DNA of 64,000 bases from the NCBI GenBank assembly GCA_965644295.1, contig CBFFRP010000423.1, positions 248,001 to 312,000 of the forward strand. The letters are read 5' to 3'. The notes below the pieces were generated by a model that was not told the origin of the DNA, searched no databases, and saw nothing but the letters and a program-made list of their open reading frames with translations. Of the stretch, positions 51,524 through 64,000 are shown in pieces (position 1 is the stretch's first letter; each line of letters starts with the position of its first letter). The DNA is from Paraphysomonas bandaiensis. Taxonomy: Eukaryota > Protista > Chrysophyceae. Position numbers and translations under genes: made by a program.

Positions 51524-54500
51524 TCATGATATAACTGTTTTTCCATAATAGGCAGCTACAGTGGCAAATCCATCGTTGCTGTGCTCTAGCTCAGCAAAGA
51601 AGGACTCATGATCTCCAGTTCTCTCGATCTGTGCCTTCTTAATGTTTTGCCACTTACGCCTTTCCAATTCTCTCTCTGCTTCTGCCTGTTGGGCCTCGAG
51701 CTCATCATCATCATCTTCAAAGTCATCGTAATCCCTTAGACCACCACCTCTTGTTTGTTTCCCTTTCCCATTACTGTCTTGCTGGTTAAGCTTGTGCTGC
51801 CTGGCTGCCACACCCTCCTGTACAACCCCTTGAACGATGTGCTTCATGTGTGCTACATCCTCTTCGAGCTTCTCTAACTCCTCCGACGTTTCTTGCATAC
51901 TGCGCTTTATGAACCTTGCAGCGATACGCAGAGGCAAGTTGGGGTTCTCTGACAGGATAGGAATAATTTGCATTGGAGTGAGTACTTGCTCTCTCTCCAC
52001 CAAGGTTAACACTTCGCTAATAAGGTCCCACCTTTCATCTTCCTCCTCACTATCATCGTCCACATTTTCTGCCCCAGAAGTTTGCATAGAAAGCCGAACA
52101 AAGTATCCAAGCACCTGAACAAACAGTTCGGGGTCCTTTTTCCCCTCACGTCTGAGCACACGCATGATACCGCGCTCATTTCCTGTCTCTATGTATTTGC
52201 GAAGGATAAGATCCGTGCTCATCATTTTGTCCAGCAAAAACATCTCACCACCCTCATATCCAAAAGCATGCATCATCAACAGTACACTAGAGGCATCAAA
52301 GTCAGAATTCGCTGATGAGGCACCGTCCAAAATAGCTGTGATTCTATCCTCTAAAGATTTCAGCTTACTTGATGTGTCTATCATGGCGGCCGAGGCGGAC
52401 GGTTGACCACCATTCTCAGGGGATGATGTAAGATCTAGTAGAGTACAGCGAAGACTCTGATACTCAGACAGGTACAGCTCCACAAGCAGCTCGGTAACTT
52501 TTGGTGGCATGGTTTGTCCTGTATCTCCAGCACTCACCCCTTCTAGAAACACTCGTAGACTCTTTTCGTCATCAGAAAATACTCCTAGTGCGTGCTCTAC
52601 CGATAGCGTTTCTTGCAGAAACTGAGGTTTTCCCTTAGTAACACTTTCTCCTAGGCCTTCTGTAACTTCTCCAATCCTTTCTCCAGCCTCTTCGATAAGA
52701 AGGGCCCTCAAGTGCCCCCGGTCTACGGTTCCAGTGCATAGTTGAATAAGCAGACCCGTGAAGGCCTTGGGACGTTCAGCCAGAAAAGATGGGCCGAACT
52801 TCATGACTAGGTACATGATATCATCCATGGGAAGCTCAGCTGCAGCAATAAGGGCTACGAGGTATGATAACGCCCGATCAACATCCTTTTCAGTTTTAGA
52901 CACTAGATTGATACTGATATATTCCTCGTGTTTACCATGCCCAAGTGCCAGAGCAAGAGCATGACTATCAAACCCCGCTTCGTGCAAAGTGTACACAGCA
53001 GTGAGGACATCGAAGTTAAAAGGTACCGTAGGGGTGGCAGAATCCGTAGTTGCACTACCATTTGCACCAGTTTTGGCGGGTGAAACAGAGAGTGAAGATT
53101 CGTTATTATTGCTGGACATCTGACAAAACTCTGTCAACTTCTGTTCGTTGTTGGTTTTGGTGTAGCACGTCAGGAGAAGAGTTGTATGGTCTTTGGTCGC
53201 GATGCCTCTAGAATGAAGCTTTTCCAAATACATAGTAAGGTTACAAATGCGTTGGGTGTCCAGAAATCGACGAATCACATAAGACGGCTGCACAAACCCA
53301 ATCGTATGGCAATACTGAGTTACGGCACCCTCGAAATCATTTTTTTTGTAAAGGTGGTCCGCATACATCTGGGTCAAGTAATTTCTTAGATTTTACACAG
53401 AATAATGTTTGTACAGGTACCTTATACAGTCGCATAACCTCTGAAACATCACTCTGTTCTTCCGCAGCAAGAGATATAGCAAGTGGGTACAGGCTTCTTC
53501 GCAACAGTACATCCAGCTTCGAAGAAGTGTCCTTTTCGGTAAAGCGTATTAAAGACCAGGAGGAGGTGACTACATAAGCAATTCCTCCATCGTGCAGCAC
53601 CATACGAACAGAATCACCAAGAGGAAGCAAATGGCTCATACTGATAAACTTGTTCCGCAGGTCATATATAGTGATCATGGTGCGCTTCGTCTTTTCGTCC
53701 ATACACCCGACAAGAATATATCTGAAAAATTATAGTCAATCACAGCGCATTCCAACAGACACCTGACAGAGTGCAAGCACACCTTCCAACTGCAGTGACA
53801 CACTGTTTTTCTCCCTCGAATCCAGCTGCCCCTCCTCTGTCTTCTATACTGTAGCTAAATACTCCCTCTTCACGTCCCACGACAAGTTCTGAAGTCTGCC
53901 TCATCAGTGAGGAACACTGCGAAGATGCGCCCGTGTAGTCCAGAACACGAGGAGGTGTCCGAGTGAGCGACCCTCCACCCGTTCCCCCAAACGTAGAATA
54001 GCTAGTATCAAACACTATAATGCCTGCCTCAGACACCTCCGAATCTAGACTGGGATCAGACCCTGCACCGGTGCTATCCGTAACTTCTTCGCCTTGACCC
54101 TTGCCCGCTGTGGATTCCCCGCCCATAACCACAAACAGACGGACCTGAATAGAAACAACATAAGTATTATGCGATAGCATCGACAAAGTAAAGTAGTACA
54201 GCTAGGTCAACTCACATATCTGTCGTTAGTAGACTTAGCGGCACTGTGATTGAGTTCACAGAAATAGAGTCCCGAAACAGAATATTTGTGATTCTGTAGC
54301 AGAATCTGTGGTACATATTGCCTGCAACAAAAATTTAAGCACAGTGTCAAAACGCTCAAAAAGTGCAGCGATACCTTCCGAGGGAACCATCTAATAGAAA
54401 GTTTCCGGAAAAGAGGACAACAGCCCCGGAAGAATATCCAACTGCAATCTGAAATCCATTGGATGTAACCGCAAAATCTGTCATGACACAGCCTTCAGGA

Positions 54501-55019
54501 AGAAGTGAACTTCCCGCGTGAAAAGCTTGAATCGGTCTCGACATGTCACCAGTCATAAATACCTAAAATCATTGTACACACACATACACACATGAATTAG
54601 ATTTTCAGGTGCGCAAATGCTCACCTTTATGACATAGGATTCGCTTGCTTGAGATTTGCTTTCAACAGATGATCTAACGGCTTCTTCTCCAGCAGCGATA
54701 ACATATTGTTTTCTGTGGTTTAAAAGATCATATACGTAAGCCACCCCACGAACAGGTCCACTAAACGCCTTATGGGTCCATGTTACATTAAAGTTTCTAT
54801 CAGCCATCGAAATATTTCCATTTCCATCACCAAATAATAGTATCCCACCCTCTGCTGCTGCACATGTAGGAGGACATCCCTATAAGAGATATCGTATAGA
54901 GTTAAACGAATGTATTGGTATGTATGTATGTATGTATCTACCAGAGCGGCTTCGATGTTATCATTCACTGTATCTTTATCAAAAAATAGAAAACGTCTCC
55001 ATTGTACACGGCTTGTCAT
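51524..55019 (-). CDS. VPS11: Vacuolar protein sorting 11 (HOPS/CORVET core; multi-exon)
   Basis: QWRRFLFFDK N-terminus, YDLRNKFI, EKDTSSKLDVL, YADHLYKK, PSYVIRRFLD, HTTLLLTCYTK, C-terminal HESFFAELEHSNDGFATVAAYYGK. Confidence 0.95.
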
Positions 55020-56602
55020 AGTGATTTATATACACAGAATGATATGCCAGGTGATAGAGGGGTATGTATATGTATGGAGTGGATTGTGATTCTTTAATAC
55101 TATCCTCTGCACGGCTTAACGATGCATACCATACCATACTACACACTCCTTCATACTATATACAGTACATGCCACACAGGTATAGATAATACATAGTATT
55201 ATGTGGTACTACGTATCGGCATCCTTTGTATATTTTTGTTCAAAGATGCCTCTACTATTGAGATAACAATTATATATATTGTAGCCGTAGTTATACTGCA
55301 GTTGTGTAGAGTTGTTTTTGCTTCAATTTATTCCCGAAAAATAAGATGCTGACTGCCGATACGTACGATCTTACGTATAAGATACCATACCATACCATAC
55401 GGCATACTACACCACTCACTACATGATACTATCCATGGCATGCTATAGCAGATACACAGGTGCATACACCACGCATGTGTACATCATAGCAACCATACCA
55501 GTGTACACTATCATCTCTAGATCGTAGTGCTGTATGTACATTGCTAATATCTAGTTGTGACATCTGTGCTCTAGATATTAACAGCATCTGTGATTTGACT
55601 GTGGTATGTAATCCAAGTATGAGCAGTGTGTATGTGACTCCAAATGGGATTCATACAGAGTCCACATCAGATTATTGATCGTTGTAATCATCCGGTTGCA
55701 ATCATGCGGCATCTGTAGCGGTGTGCTGTGTATCAGGTATACGACAGTCTATTATTTCCAGGTCAAAACGAACAAAACTTAATGTGTTTCTGATTTAGGA
55801 TGATGGTGATGAATATAACGGACAGTATGATGAAGATTTCAGGCATATGTAAAGTGTGTGTGAAGAGAATGTTCATGAAAGCCACAGCAAATATGCTAGA
55901 AAGCTAGAAAGGTTGCTCAGTAGGCTCATTCTATGAATCCTACCTGCGGAACAGCAGTGGTTGCGTCTAATATAGTAATTTTTCAATCACTGTGGTGATA
56001 ATAGTAATTATAAATTATTGTACATTATAAATTTATAGCCAACTCAGATCATATTGATAAAACAAGTTTCGGGCTGCTGTGCAGTTTTTTGTAGGTGATG
56101 CGTTTTGCCCATCATGATTAGGTAATCGATCAAAGTAGGAATGATACTGTATTTGACAAGTATCACACCTGAGCCACACCCTTTCCCATCTCGGGTTCAT
56201 AGACATTGCTCATTTTTTTGATGGTAAAATATCGCCATAATTTCTAGAAACATGTCTTCAGGCTGACTTCATAGTACTATGATTGCATTTAGAGCCCAGA
56301 CGGTATCCTCTTTTGAAGTTATACCTTGCACTACTTAGATCTTAAATGTATAGATTTCAATAGTTTCTACTTGATAATATTGAGTGGTCAAAATAAAATT
56401 ATGGACTCAGCTAGAAAATTTGCGTATCCATTTAGTATGTGCAGAATTACTCAGAATATGGGTCCAAAACTGTGTCAGAGACCACGATGCATAACCAACT
56501 CAATTATAACGTCTTAAATCATCTTCATTAGTTATCGGAAAACAACAAAATATGTGCGACAAAAGAGTACGCAGTATGTAATGCAAACGTACTGTTGTAC
56601 CA

Positions 56603-57381
56603 CTAGGAATCAGGCACATTCCTCCTAGCCTGTTCCCGTACCCGTCTGCTGTACTCACTCTTATCTTTGATAAATATATCGAAGGCTTCACGCTGTGCCG
56701 GACTAGCTGGGTTTGGATTGATGAGTAAATCTTGAATACCTGACAACCACATGAACTGAAGTTGCACAATGACCAGAAAGCATACCCAACAGAACTTGCT
56801 TAACAGTTATGGCAGGTCGCCAATCCTCATCTTCTGCCAATATACTAAGACATACCGTCCCTAGATTGACAACGTAAACGCTTTTTTATATAATTGAAAC
56901 AGATTTTACCAGACGGGTAGACGTTGGGGTGAAAGAGAGGAGGTACAAATTTGCATTTTGGAGGCTATGAAAACTGGATGAGAGCCACTTAACAATGAAT
57001 GACATAACCTACTTTGGAAGGGTACTCATCCGGAAATTCCATAACTACTTTATAAAGACCGCCTACACAAACACTAACACAGATTTCAGTATCGCTGTCT
57101 ACTCTTACCAGCCCAATCAGTTCCTTCTTGTCCAGGGATACCTGTCTCCCATTTCCTGCAACGCAACGCGTTATCTACTGTAGAAACGACACATATGAGT
57201 TCTGTACATTAAGTTTGTAGAGTTATCAGCATTCTTGGACGGTTTTGCGTAGAATCCCTGCACAGTATGTCGTTAACAGTAATTCCAGAGCCTTTATGTT
57301 GTATCATACCGGTGGATGGTCCTTTCTCCACAATTTCCTCTCTTCCGTTAAGCGGCCTAACGCAATTGCACTTGCACTCAT
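56603..57381 (-). CDS. UBC9: SUMO-conjugating enzyme UBC9; 7 short exons, not in ORF track
   Basis: Spliced: [24 protein letters not shown]|GFYAKP...NLM|[15 protein letters not shown]|[17 protein letters not shown]|[18 protein letters not shown]|[25 protein letters not shown]|[16 protein letters not shown]... Confidence 0.97.
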
Positions 57382-57965
57382 GTTCAATACAGTATTAGGA
57401 ATGAAATCCTGAGAATAATTTGAACGTATGTATACTTTATAGTATACTTTATAGAGTGCCTGTAATCAGTGTGGAGACAGGCAGGAGTACATTGTATACA
57501 TGTGCCTACTATACACGCAGCTAAGTAGAATTGTACAGAGTACACCATAGTACATACATGTATGTAGAGGAACACGAAGTCAAGACACTTCTAGACAATA
57601 TGAGAGTACGGAATGCATACAGTGAGAATACAGTGAAGTAGCAGTTTCAAGCCTGTCATTGGCTGGGGGAGAGCAGTGTACTACAGCTGTACAGAGTTCA
57701 TACGGCTGTATTATATGCCAGTTACATTGATAAGAGTGAGTGCGAGTTACATATGAATACTTGATGCAGATATGGTATGGTACAGGTGGCCCTCCCATTC
57801 CTCTGTGTACTACTACTATCCTCAGAACACAGCAGATAGATAGATTACGTTCTCTGTGTCTACACCACACACTGTTACACAAAGGTATGTTATGTCTTGA
57901 ATGCAGCTGAGAGTTGAAAGAGTTTTCGTAGTATGCCTGGAACTACGGGATTGAAATGCGGAAAT

Positions 57966-58655
57966 ATGAATAGTGAAACCGTTGTTCCCGGACGATCAAC
58001 AAAAGTTATGGTATGAAATTAGTCCCGTGGCAAACCTTTATAAATGATAATATTAAATTAGTTAGGGAAGATTGCTTCCGATGATGAGGAGAGAGACAAT
58101 GGGTAAGAGTCAAGGGATTGTGTCAAAGTAGTATTTAACAGTTCTGTACAGGGATGAATGCGGAAACTATTTTGAAGCGAGCAGAAGTTTACGAGAATCA
58201 CTCAGTACGCCGGAGCTTGCTGTTGACGGAAGTCTGAAACAGAGAGTTCATTCCTTAGAACAAGCTATAAAAATTCAAGTTCGGCGAGATGATGTTACAT
58301 ACCAAAATATAATTGCATTGTCCAAGGATTCTGAAAGAATTGAGAAAGGAACACGACAGATGGTTATGGAAAAGCACATTGAGGTTGACGAAGAGGTAAA
58401 ACAATTCAAGCAAGAAGTGCATCACAGATTCGAGTTACAAACTGCCGAGAACAAGAGACTACAACAACATGTTACTTCTCTGAAAGCAGAAAATCATCAA
58501 CTCCAGCGTGACCTGGTATGCTACTGATTCGTTTCTTATAGTTGTATTTAATTTATTGTTAGGCAATGGTATTAGAGCGTTTGAAGAAACTGGAATTGGA
58601 ATTCGGTGAAGATGAAAACGTTGAAGAGAATGAAAGGCCGCATACAACAATATGA
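57966..58655 (+). CDS. Small coiled-coil protein of unknown function (start uncertain)
   Basis: Exons join to ...SLKQRVHSLEQAIKIQ|DSERIEK...RFELQTAENKRLQQHVTSLKAENHQLQRDL|AMVLERLKKLELEFG; GT-AG introns. Confidence 0.7.
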
Positions 58656-59897
58656 AGACAAGCGTGCTTATATGAAACACGATACGCGATATGTGTGATA
58701 TTACTATATGATATGCTGAATAATAATTGGATGTGGGTGTCATGTCTATGTCTGCTTGGGGTGTAATTGGCTGCAACCCTGTTCTTCTAGTAATAATTTG
58801 TTGCTTATTAACAATGGTTGTATAGTGTATAGTACATTCTACGATTCTAGCGTCGTATTGCTGATATATGCTATATAAGTGTATGCATACTAAGGTACAG
58901 TAGTAGTGCTAAGAACGTTGGTGGCTATTGATGTTGATTGCAGTAAATGTGCTGCTGGTACCTCTTTGATTTGGAAAGACGAAATACTTGAATTAATGTG
59001 CATAGTATCACTTGTACTATACTGCTAAGAAATAGATGTATATCCACAAAAATCACCACTTAACAGCAGTATTAATACTTTTCTTTGCTACCACTTAAGA
59101 AAGTATTCACTGGTATAGTGTTTCTAGTTTCTACACTATGAACTATAATGCAATCATGTACTTCTCCATACTTATACCATTCTTTCTATGCGCTTCATCT
59201 GCAGAGCATTAGAAGCTAATATTGCTTACCACCGGGAATGCACTTTGGTATTAATATCCAACACGCACCGCAAATTTCAAGAGACACAAGAATTTAAAGC
59301 TTTATTTCTCGGAGCTGGGACATATCCTTGAATCTAACAATATCATCTGCTTACACTCACACGCTGATAGTAAACAGCATCTTACTTCTTACTAGTCATG
59401 TTGTATCCAACTATCATAGCTATAGACTCCTCTTGTAGACAACTGCAACCATTCTTCTACTTGAGAATTAGTATCCATTCTTTTAACATCATATACTGGT
59501 ATACAGTATACGGTATACGGCATACAGTGGTGTATAAACCCAACTGGTATCATAATCATAGTTGTTCGAAAAGCAATGGTTTTGGATGAGAACCACTATA
59601 AAGCGAAGGTTTTTATATGTAATATATACAGAGTCCATGTCCCAATATTCCTATAGATTCATTTTTTTAGATGGATGTGATGATGACGATAGCATGCCAT
59701 TGTAAAGCGATATAGAGCAGTACAGTAAAGTATGAATGTATACGTATCAATAGGACTGTACTGGTGTATATTATCATACAGCACTTGGCCCCCATATAAG
59801 CCTCTATCAACACAACTCTCTATATCTATGCACACCTTAAATGACACACATAAGACCTTATAACTGTGTGTAAGTTAGTTACAGTAGTAGTGACAGG

Positions 59898-61418
59898 ATG
59901 GAACCGGATGGTTTGAGTGATTATTCAGTGACATCATCAAAGTAACTGTAATAATATATATAGAAGTCTAGTAATGTGATTATCGTATATAGAAAAGGAT
60001 CTACAAAGACTCGAGAAGAGTTAAATGATATCGAGAAACAGAGGTGTGTTGATAGTGTGTGTCGTGACTCTGTACTGAAATGAGGTAAACAGGACGAGGA
60101 AGCTGAACAGTCTTATTTTGACCCTTCGAAGCTTACTGGAAGTATGTGATATGACTTATTAAGTGTTAAAACGGTGTTTGTAACCCTCAAATGAAGGCAT
60201 CGAATGTTGTGACAAAGCGGGATAAGCTTTCAATTCTTAAGAAGTGAGTGGTATGTTTATTGTGTGAAGTATAAACTGATATCGTTATTGTAGTACATAC
60301 GATTACATCACACACCTCAGGGGAGCACTACATGCAGCAGAAGAGCGCATCTCGCAACTCAATCGAAATCCGTCAGAACTTCCGAACAAGTTATTGACAT
60401 ATTATTATGCTGTCGTTTTCTGATTGTTGTGATTATTAGGGGTCGTAGTCAAGGGGATACTGCTTTGTCCAGCGAGAGTGGCGAGGTATGTGTAGGTGCT
60501 GCTTTGTGAATCTCTAGTTATAGTTATATTTTAGATTCCTTTCCAGAAGACATTTACCAACTCTGGTGTGGCGATGGCTCTTCTTGGAGTGGACGGACAA
60601 TTCCTGGATTGTAACGATGCCTTTTGTGCTTTATCGGGATATACAAAGTAGTGTTCGTTGTTATGTCTAGCATATGTAATTGTGGTTTTGTAGACAAAAC
60701 ATTACGACGTTATCTCTCTTCAATATATCAACACCAGAGGAGATGACACAGATATTCAACATAGTTGGTGGACTTCTCTCTAATGTCAGTGGTGGTGGTG
60801 TTAGACATTTTTGGAAGACCTGTAAATTCCATGATAAGAAGACCACGTGTTTTGTGTCAATGTGGCTGGTGACACATCCTGACGGAGAGCCAGCGTACTT
60901 CCAGATGATGGCTGTGCCAAACACTGATAGTAGTAGCTTCATGGGTGACACCTCTGGTATGTCAAATGTATAGTAAATTGAATTTCCTCATTGGTTACGC
61001 AGGCTTCGGGACTGGCACGCCGTCACATGTACCGGTTCCACAGCGTGCCGCTCCTGTGCATGCTATGCCTCCTCCTGCTCGTGCGATGCACCCTGCCGCC
61101 TCCACTGCGTCTTCTATGTTCCTGCTTCCACACCAATCGCAGGCCCCGCGAGTGCATCAACAAGTTGGTGCCCCTGATGTCCACCAGCAGCATGGAAAGG
61201 GACCATATGGCACTCAGGCTGAAATTTCTAGGCGGGTCGAGCAACAACCGGTCATGCCTTCCTCCCTACAGCCTATGGAGCGTGCTAATTCCGCAGATGT
61301 AGATGATCCTATGATGATGTTTTTGCAAGATGAACAGAATGACATATTTAGCAATTGGTCTCCAGATCTCTTTGGCATATATACACCCGAGTATGAAAAC
61401 CTAAAGAATGGGTATTGA
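59898..61418 (+). CDS. bHLH-PAS transcription factor (~9 exons)
   Basis: Spliced bHLH REELNDIEKQRTRKLNSLILTLRSLL...KRDKLSILKNTYDYITHL; PAS FQKTFTNSGVAMALLGVDGQFLDCNDAFCALSGY; Q/P-rich tail. Confidence 0.85.
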
Positions 61419-62585
61419 TCTCTTCTCTCTGTGTTTGCGAGCTATGGTTGCATATTCTGTTGTGGAAAAATATCATATTATGCTTGCGTCGCGAATCGGC
61501 TTAGATATTGACGAATGTGGACTGTGCTTATATCGTGATATTTTGTGTTGATTAAAAATGATTAATTGATGAAAGCTGGAAGCTACAACATTTCTCTATT
61601 TTGTATTGAGTTGGATAACAGTATATATTTGATATCAAGCAATAGTTACAGTAGAGGGCAGCCAATTACGACACAACTCAAAATATTTATTTCGCTAAAA
61701 GTCAAAAAAGAAATTTATTAGGGGTAAACTATGTCTGCGTTATATGTTACAGCGCTGTATTCTGTCGACGCAGACTCAATATTCAAGTTTACAAACAATT
61801 TTTACGACGTAACTAATATTTTTTACTTAGAAATATTGTTCAAAATTGATATGATTTATCTACTCGAACAGAAGCTTGGCGTACTTATCCTAAATGCTCT
61901 TCTGGATTTCATCTGTTACATTGTTGTTTACGTGCACCATTAGGTCAAATATAGATGAATATTGACTTTGGCCAAAGTCGATATAAAGTCAATAACCTCA
62001 TTATTCATTATTTTTTAGATCGAGGTTGCCGAGTAAATCTCGAGTTTGGCTAAAGTCGAGTTTTGCATTTCTCAAGTTTTGGCGTTGTATGAAGTGTGAA
62101 GTGAGCCTTGCTATCTTCAGACGAAGATACTGGCATTTCGATGATGGCAGTGATTTTGAGGAGACGAATACCCCCGGTTTTACGAAAACAGGGGTTTGAG
62201 TGGAACTAAAGTGCCAGTATCTTTGTCTGAAGATAATAAATAGGCTGCTTTTCCAGGGAACTTGAAAGATCCGATGATGTGTCCGGAGTTCTGTCAACTA
62301 CTATTGTTTGTGATGAATACTATATTTGAAGACAGTATTTTATGAAATATTTCAGGTAAATTAAAATGTAATGACTGTATGAGTGACTGTATAGTGAATT
62401 TAATTAAAGTCCCTCCAGAACCCTGAATGCTAACCATAATTCTGATATAAAATCATAGAACAATTTACTAGAAGTACTATAATTAACTATAAGTACTGTA
62501 ATTATTTAGACGCTATTACTTAAAGTGAGCTATTAAACACATTGTATGCACTGCAGTTTGCTTCAGTTAGGATTGGATTTGGTTA

Positions 62586-63746
62586 ATGGTACGTGTAGAA
62601 CGGAGAGGCCGAAAGAAGCGAACTCCACGAAGGCATCACATGAATAGTGCTCACAAGACGAAGCTACTCGCACTTCGACATGCCTGACTTAGTTTTCGTG
62701 ATATTGGGAAGCGGATGAAGCTAAATTCCGGCAATTTATGCAGAGTTTACAACAACAAAATCTCGACAAAAAGTTTCAACTGTACTCGTGGCTCCGGTTG
62801 AAAGAGAAAAACAACTGAAAGAGACGATGCCTTGATTGTCAGAGAGGTACGAAGGAATCGAATGGTAAGTGGCCCACAACTTAAAACTCTTTTGCCTTCA
62901 GTTAAGGTATCAGAACGGACGTTTAGACGCCGTATTAACTGCTGCTCCGACTTCCAATCACAATGGGTGACAAGAAAGCCCTTTGTTAGCAAACACAACA
63001 GAATTAGGAGATTGAAGTGGGCGAGAGCTCTTTTGAACAGTGGAGGAAAGTTATTAGGTCGACGAGTCCCCTTTCGTTCTTCGCTATCACCGAAAGCAGC
63101 GTTGCGGGAGAGCTGTTGGCGAAAGATATGATCCGGTCTGTACTACAGCGACAGTGAAGCATGACGATAAAATAACGGTTAGGGAATGTTTCTGTGCTCA
63201 TGGCGTAGGAGATTTGAACCATTTGGAGGGAATTTTAAGGAAGGAACAGTAACCTATACATCGTTGAAAACCATTTCTATACTAGTGCGGAGCGACTATA
63301 CCCCGATTTCGACTGTATTTTCCAAGAAGATCTTATTCGTATGGATTGGCTCGCTCAATCTCCTGATTAGAACCCGATACTAGACCATCACATGACAGAC
63401 TGATCTTCCAACGACCTAAACGAGTTTTTTCAGCTGCTACTGAAGATATGGAATGAACTCCCAGTTAGCTTATTGTCTGATCTAGTAGATAGCATGCCTT
63501 GATGGTGTCAAGAAGCTGAAGGATATGCCACTAAGTATTAAGTGGGTTTTTTTATATAAGAAGCTTAAAAATCAAGGTTTTGACACATTAATTAAGAAAA
63601 TTTTCACCAATTTTAAAGCTGAATAGCTCATTAGAAAGCACTAAAAAACTACACATTTCCTATTATTAGAGTAATGATATCCAGTTTTTACATTAGCTTA
63701 AAAGTGCAATTCCCAAAAAACCGTTGTTTTTTTTCGACATACCCTG
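62586..63746 (+). mobile_element. Decayed Tc1/mariner element (transposase pseudogene 62586-63541, candidate right end ...CATACCCTG|TA)
   Basis: GSG*KRKTTERDD, VSERTFRRR, RKPFVSK...RRLKWA, ATVKH, DWLAQSPD, WNEL, LVDSMP, GYATKY; multiple stops and frameshifts. Confidence 0.9.
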
Positions 63747-64000
63747 TACATACATACATATACATACATACATACCGCCGTGTGTCCAGTGGTCGGTATA
63801 TGAGGAGAGCCCTATGAGCGAGTCATGTCTGCGAACATTATCCACAGGACTCATAATTTACTCTTTCCAGACAATTTCAGTGTATACTGAAGGTGTGTCT
63901 GTGCAGATATTCGACTATGACTTCCCCTGACAGAGGTAGTTAACTGATCACTTGTCATATATATACACGTGTGCTTCTATATATTCCCGACCATATGAAA

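Noticed and set aside
61648-61690. TA|CAGTAGAGGGCAGCC as the left TIR of the Tc1 element
   Set aside because: It does not match the candidate right end at 63721-63746, so the left boundary remains undefined.

Overview
Gene-dense eukaryotic nuclear DNA with many short (about 40-150 nt) GT-AG introns. It most likely comes from a flagellated stramenopile; this is inferred from a bHLH-PAS factor, the myosin type and the dynein assembly factors LRRC56 and SPAG1. Genes in order: a non-LTR retrotransposon (APE-RT, running off the left edge), myosin, an epoxide-hydrolase-like alpha/beta hydrolase, CDC45, a SulP-STAS-cNMP transporter, YOS1/IER3IP1, a zinc-ribbon+CCCH protein, RPS8, ORC4, a small acidic protein, a DUF4282-like protein, LRRC56, mevalonate kinase, an LYR-motif protein, SPAG1, a bacterial-like beta-propeller protein, VPS11, UBC9, a coiled-coil protein, bHLH-PAS and a decayed Tc1 transposase. 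The LINE ORF, YOS1, LYR and UBC9 are absent from the ORF track, and the bHLH part of bHLH-PAS is too; these were read or spliced by hand. Other elements are a TA-flanked MITE, a hAT-like element, two dispersed repeat pairs, a 51-bp CCAAT-rich minisatellite and long (CATA/CCTA)n arrays. I see no unmistakable novel multi-gene system. The best leads are: promoter-located GTAT/GTAG arrays with ApT-rich gene 5' ends in a head-to-head gene layout; VPS11 lacking its RING finger; a mevalonate kinase with a C-terminal membrane anchor and KxKxx tail; a domain-permuted LINE; and a possible Helitron-like repeat flanking the hydrolase gene. All family calls rest on motifs recognised by eye; no searches were run.
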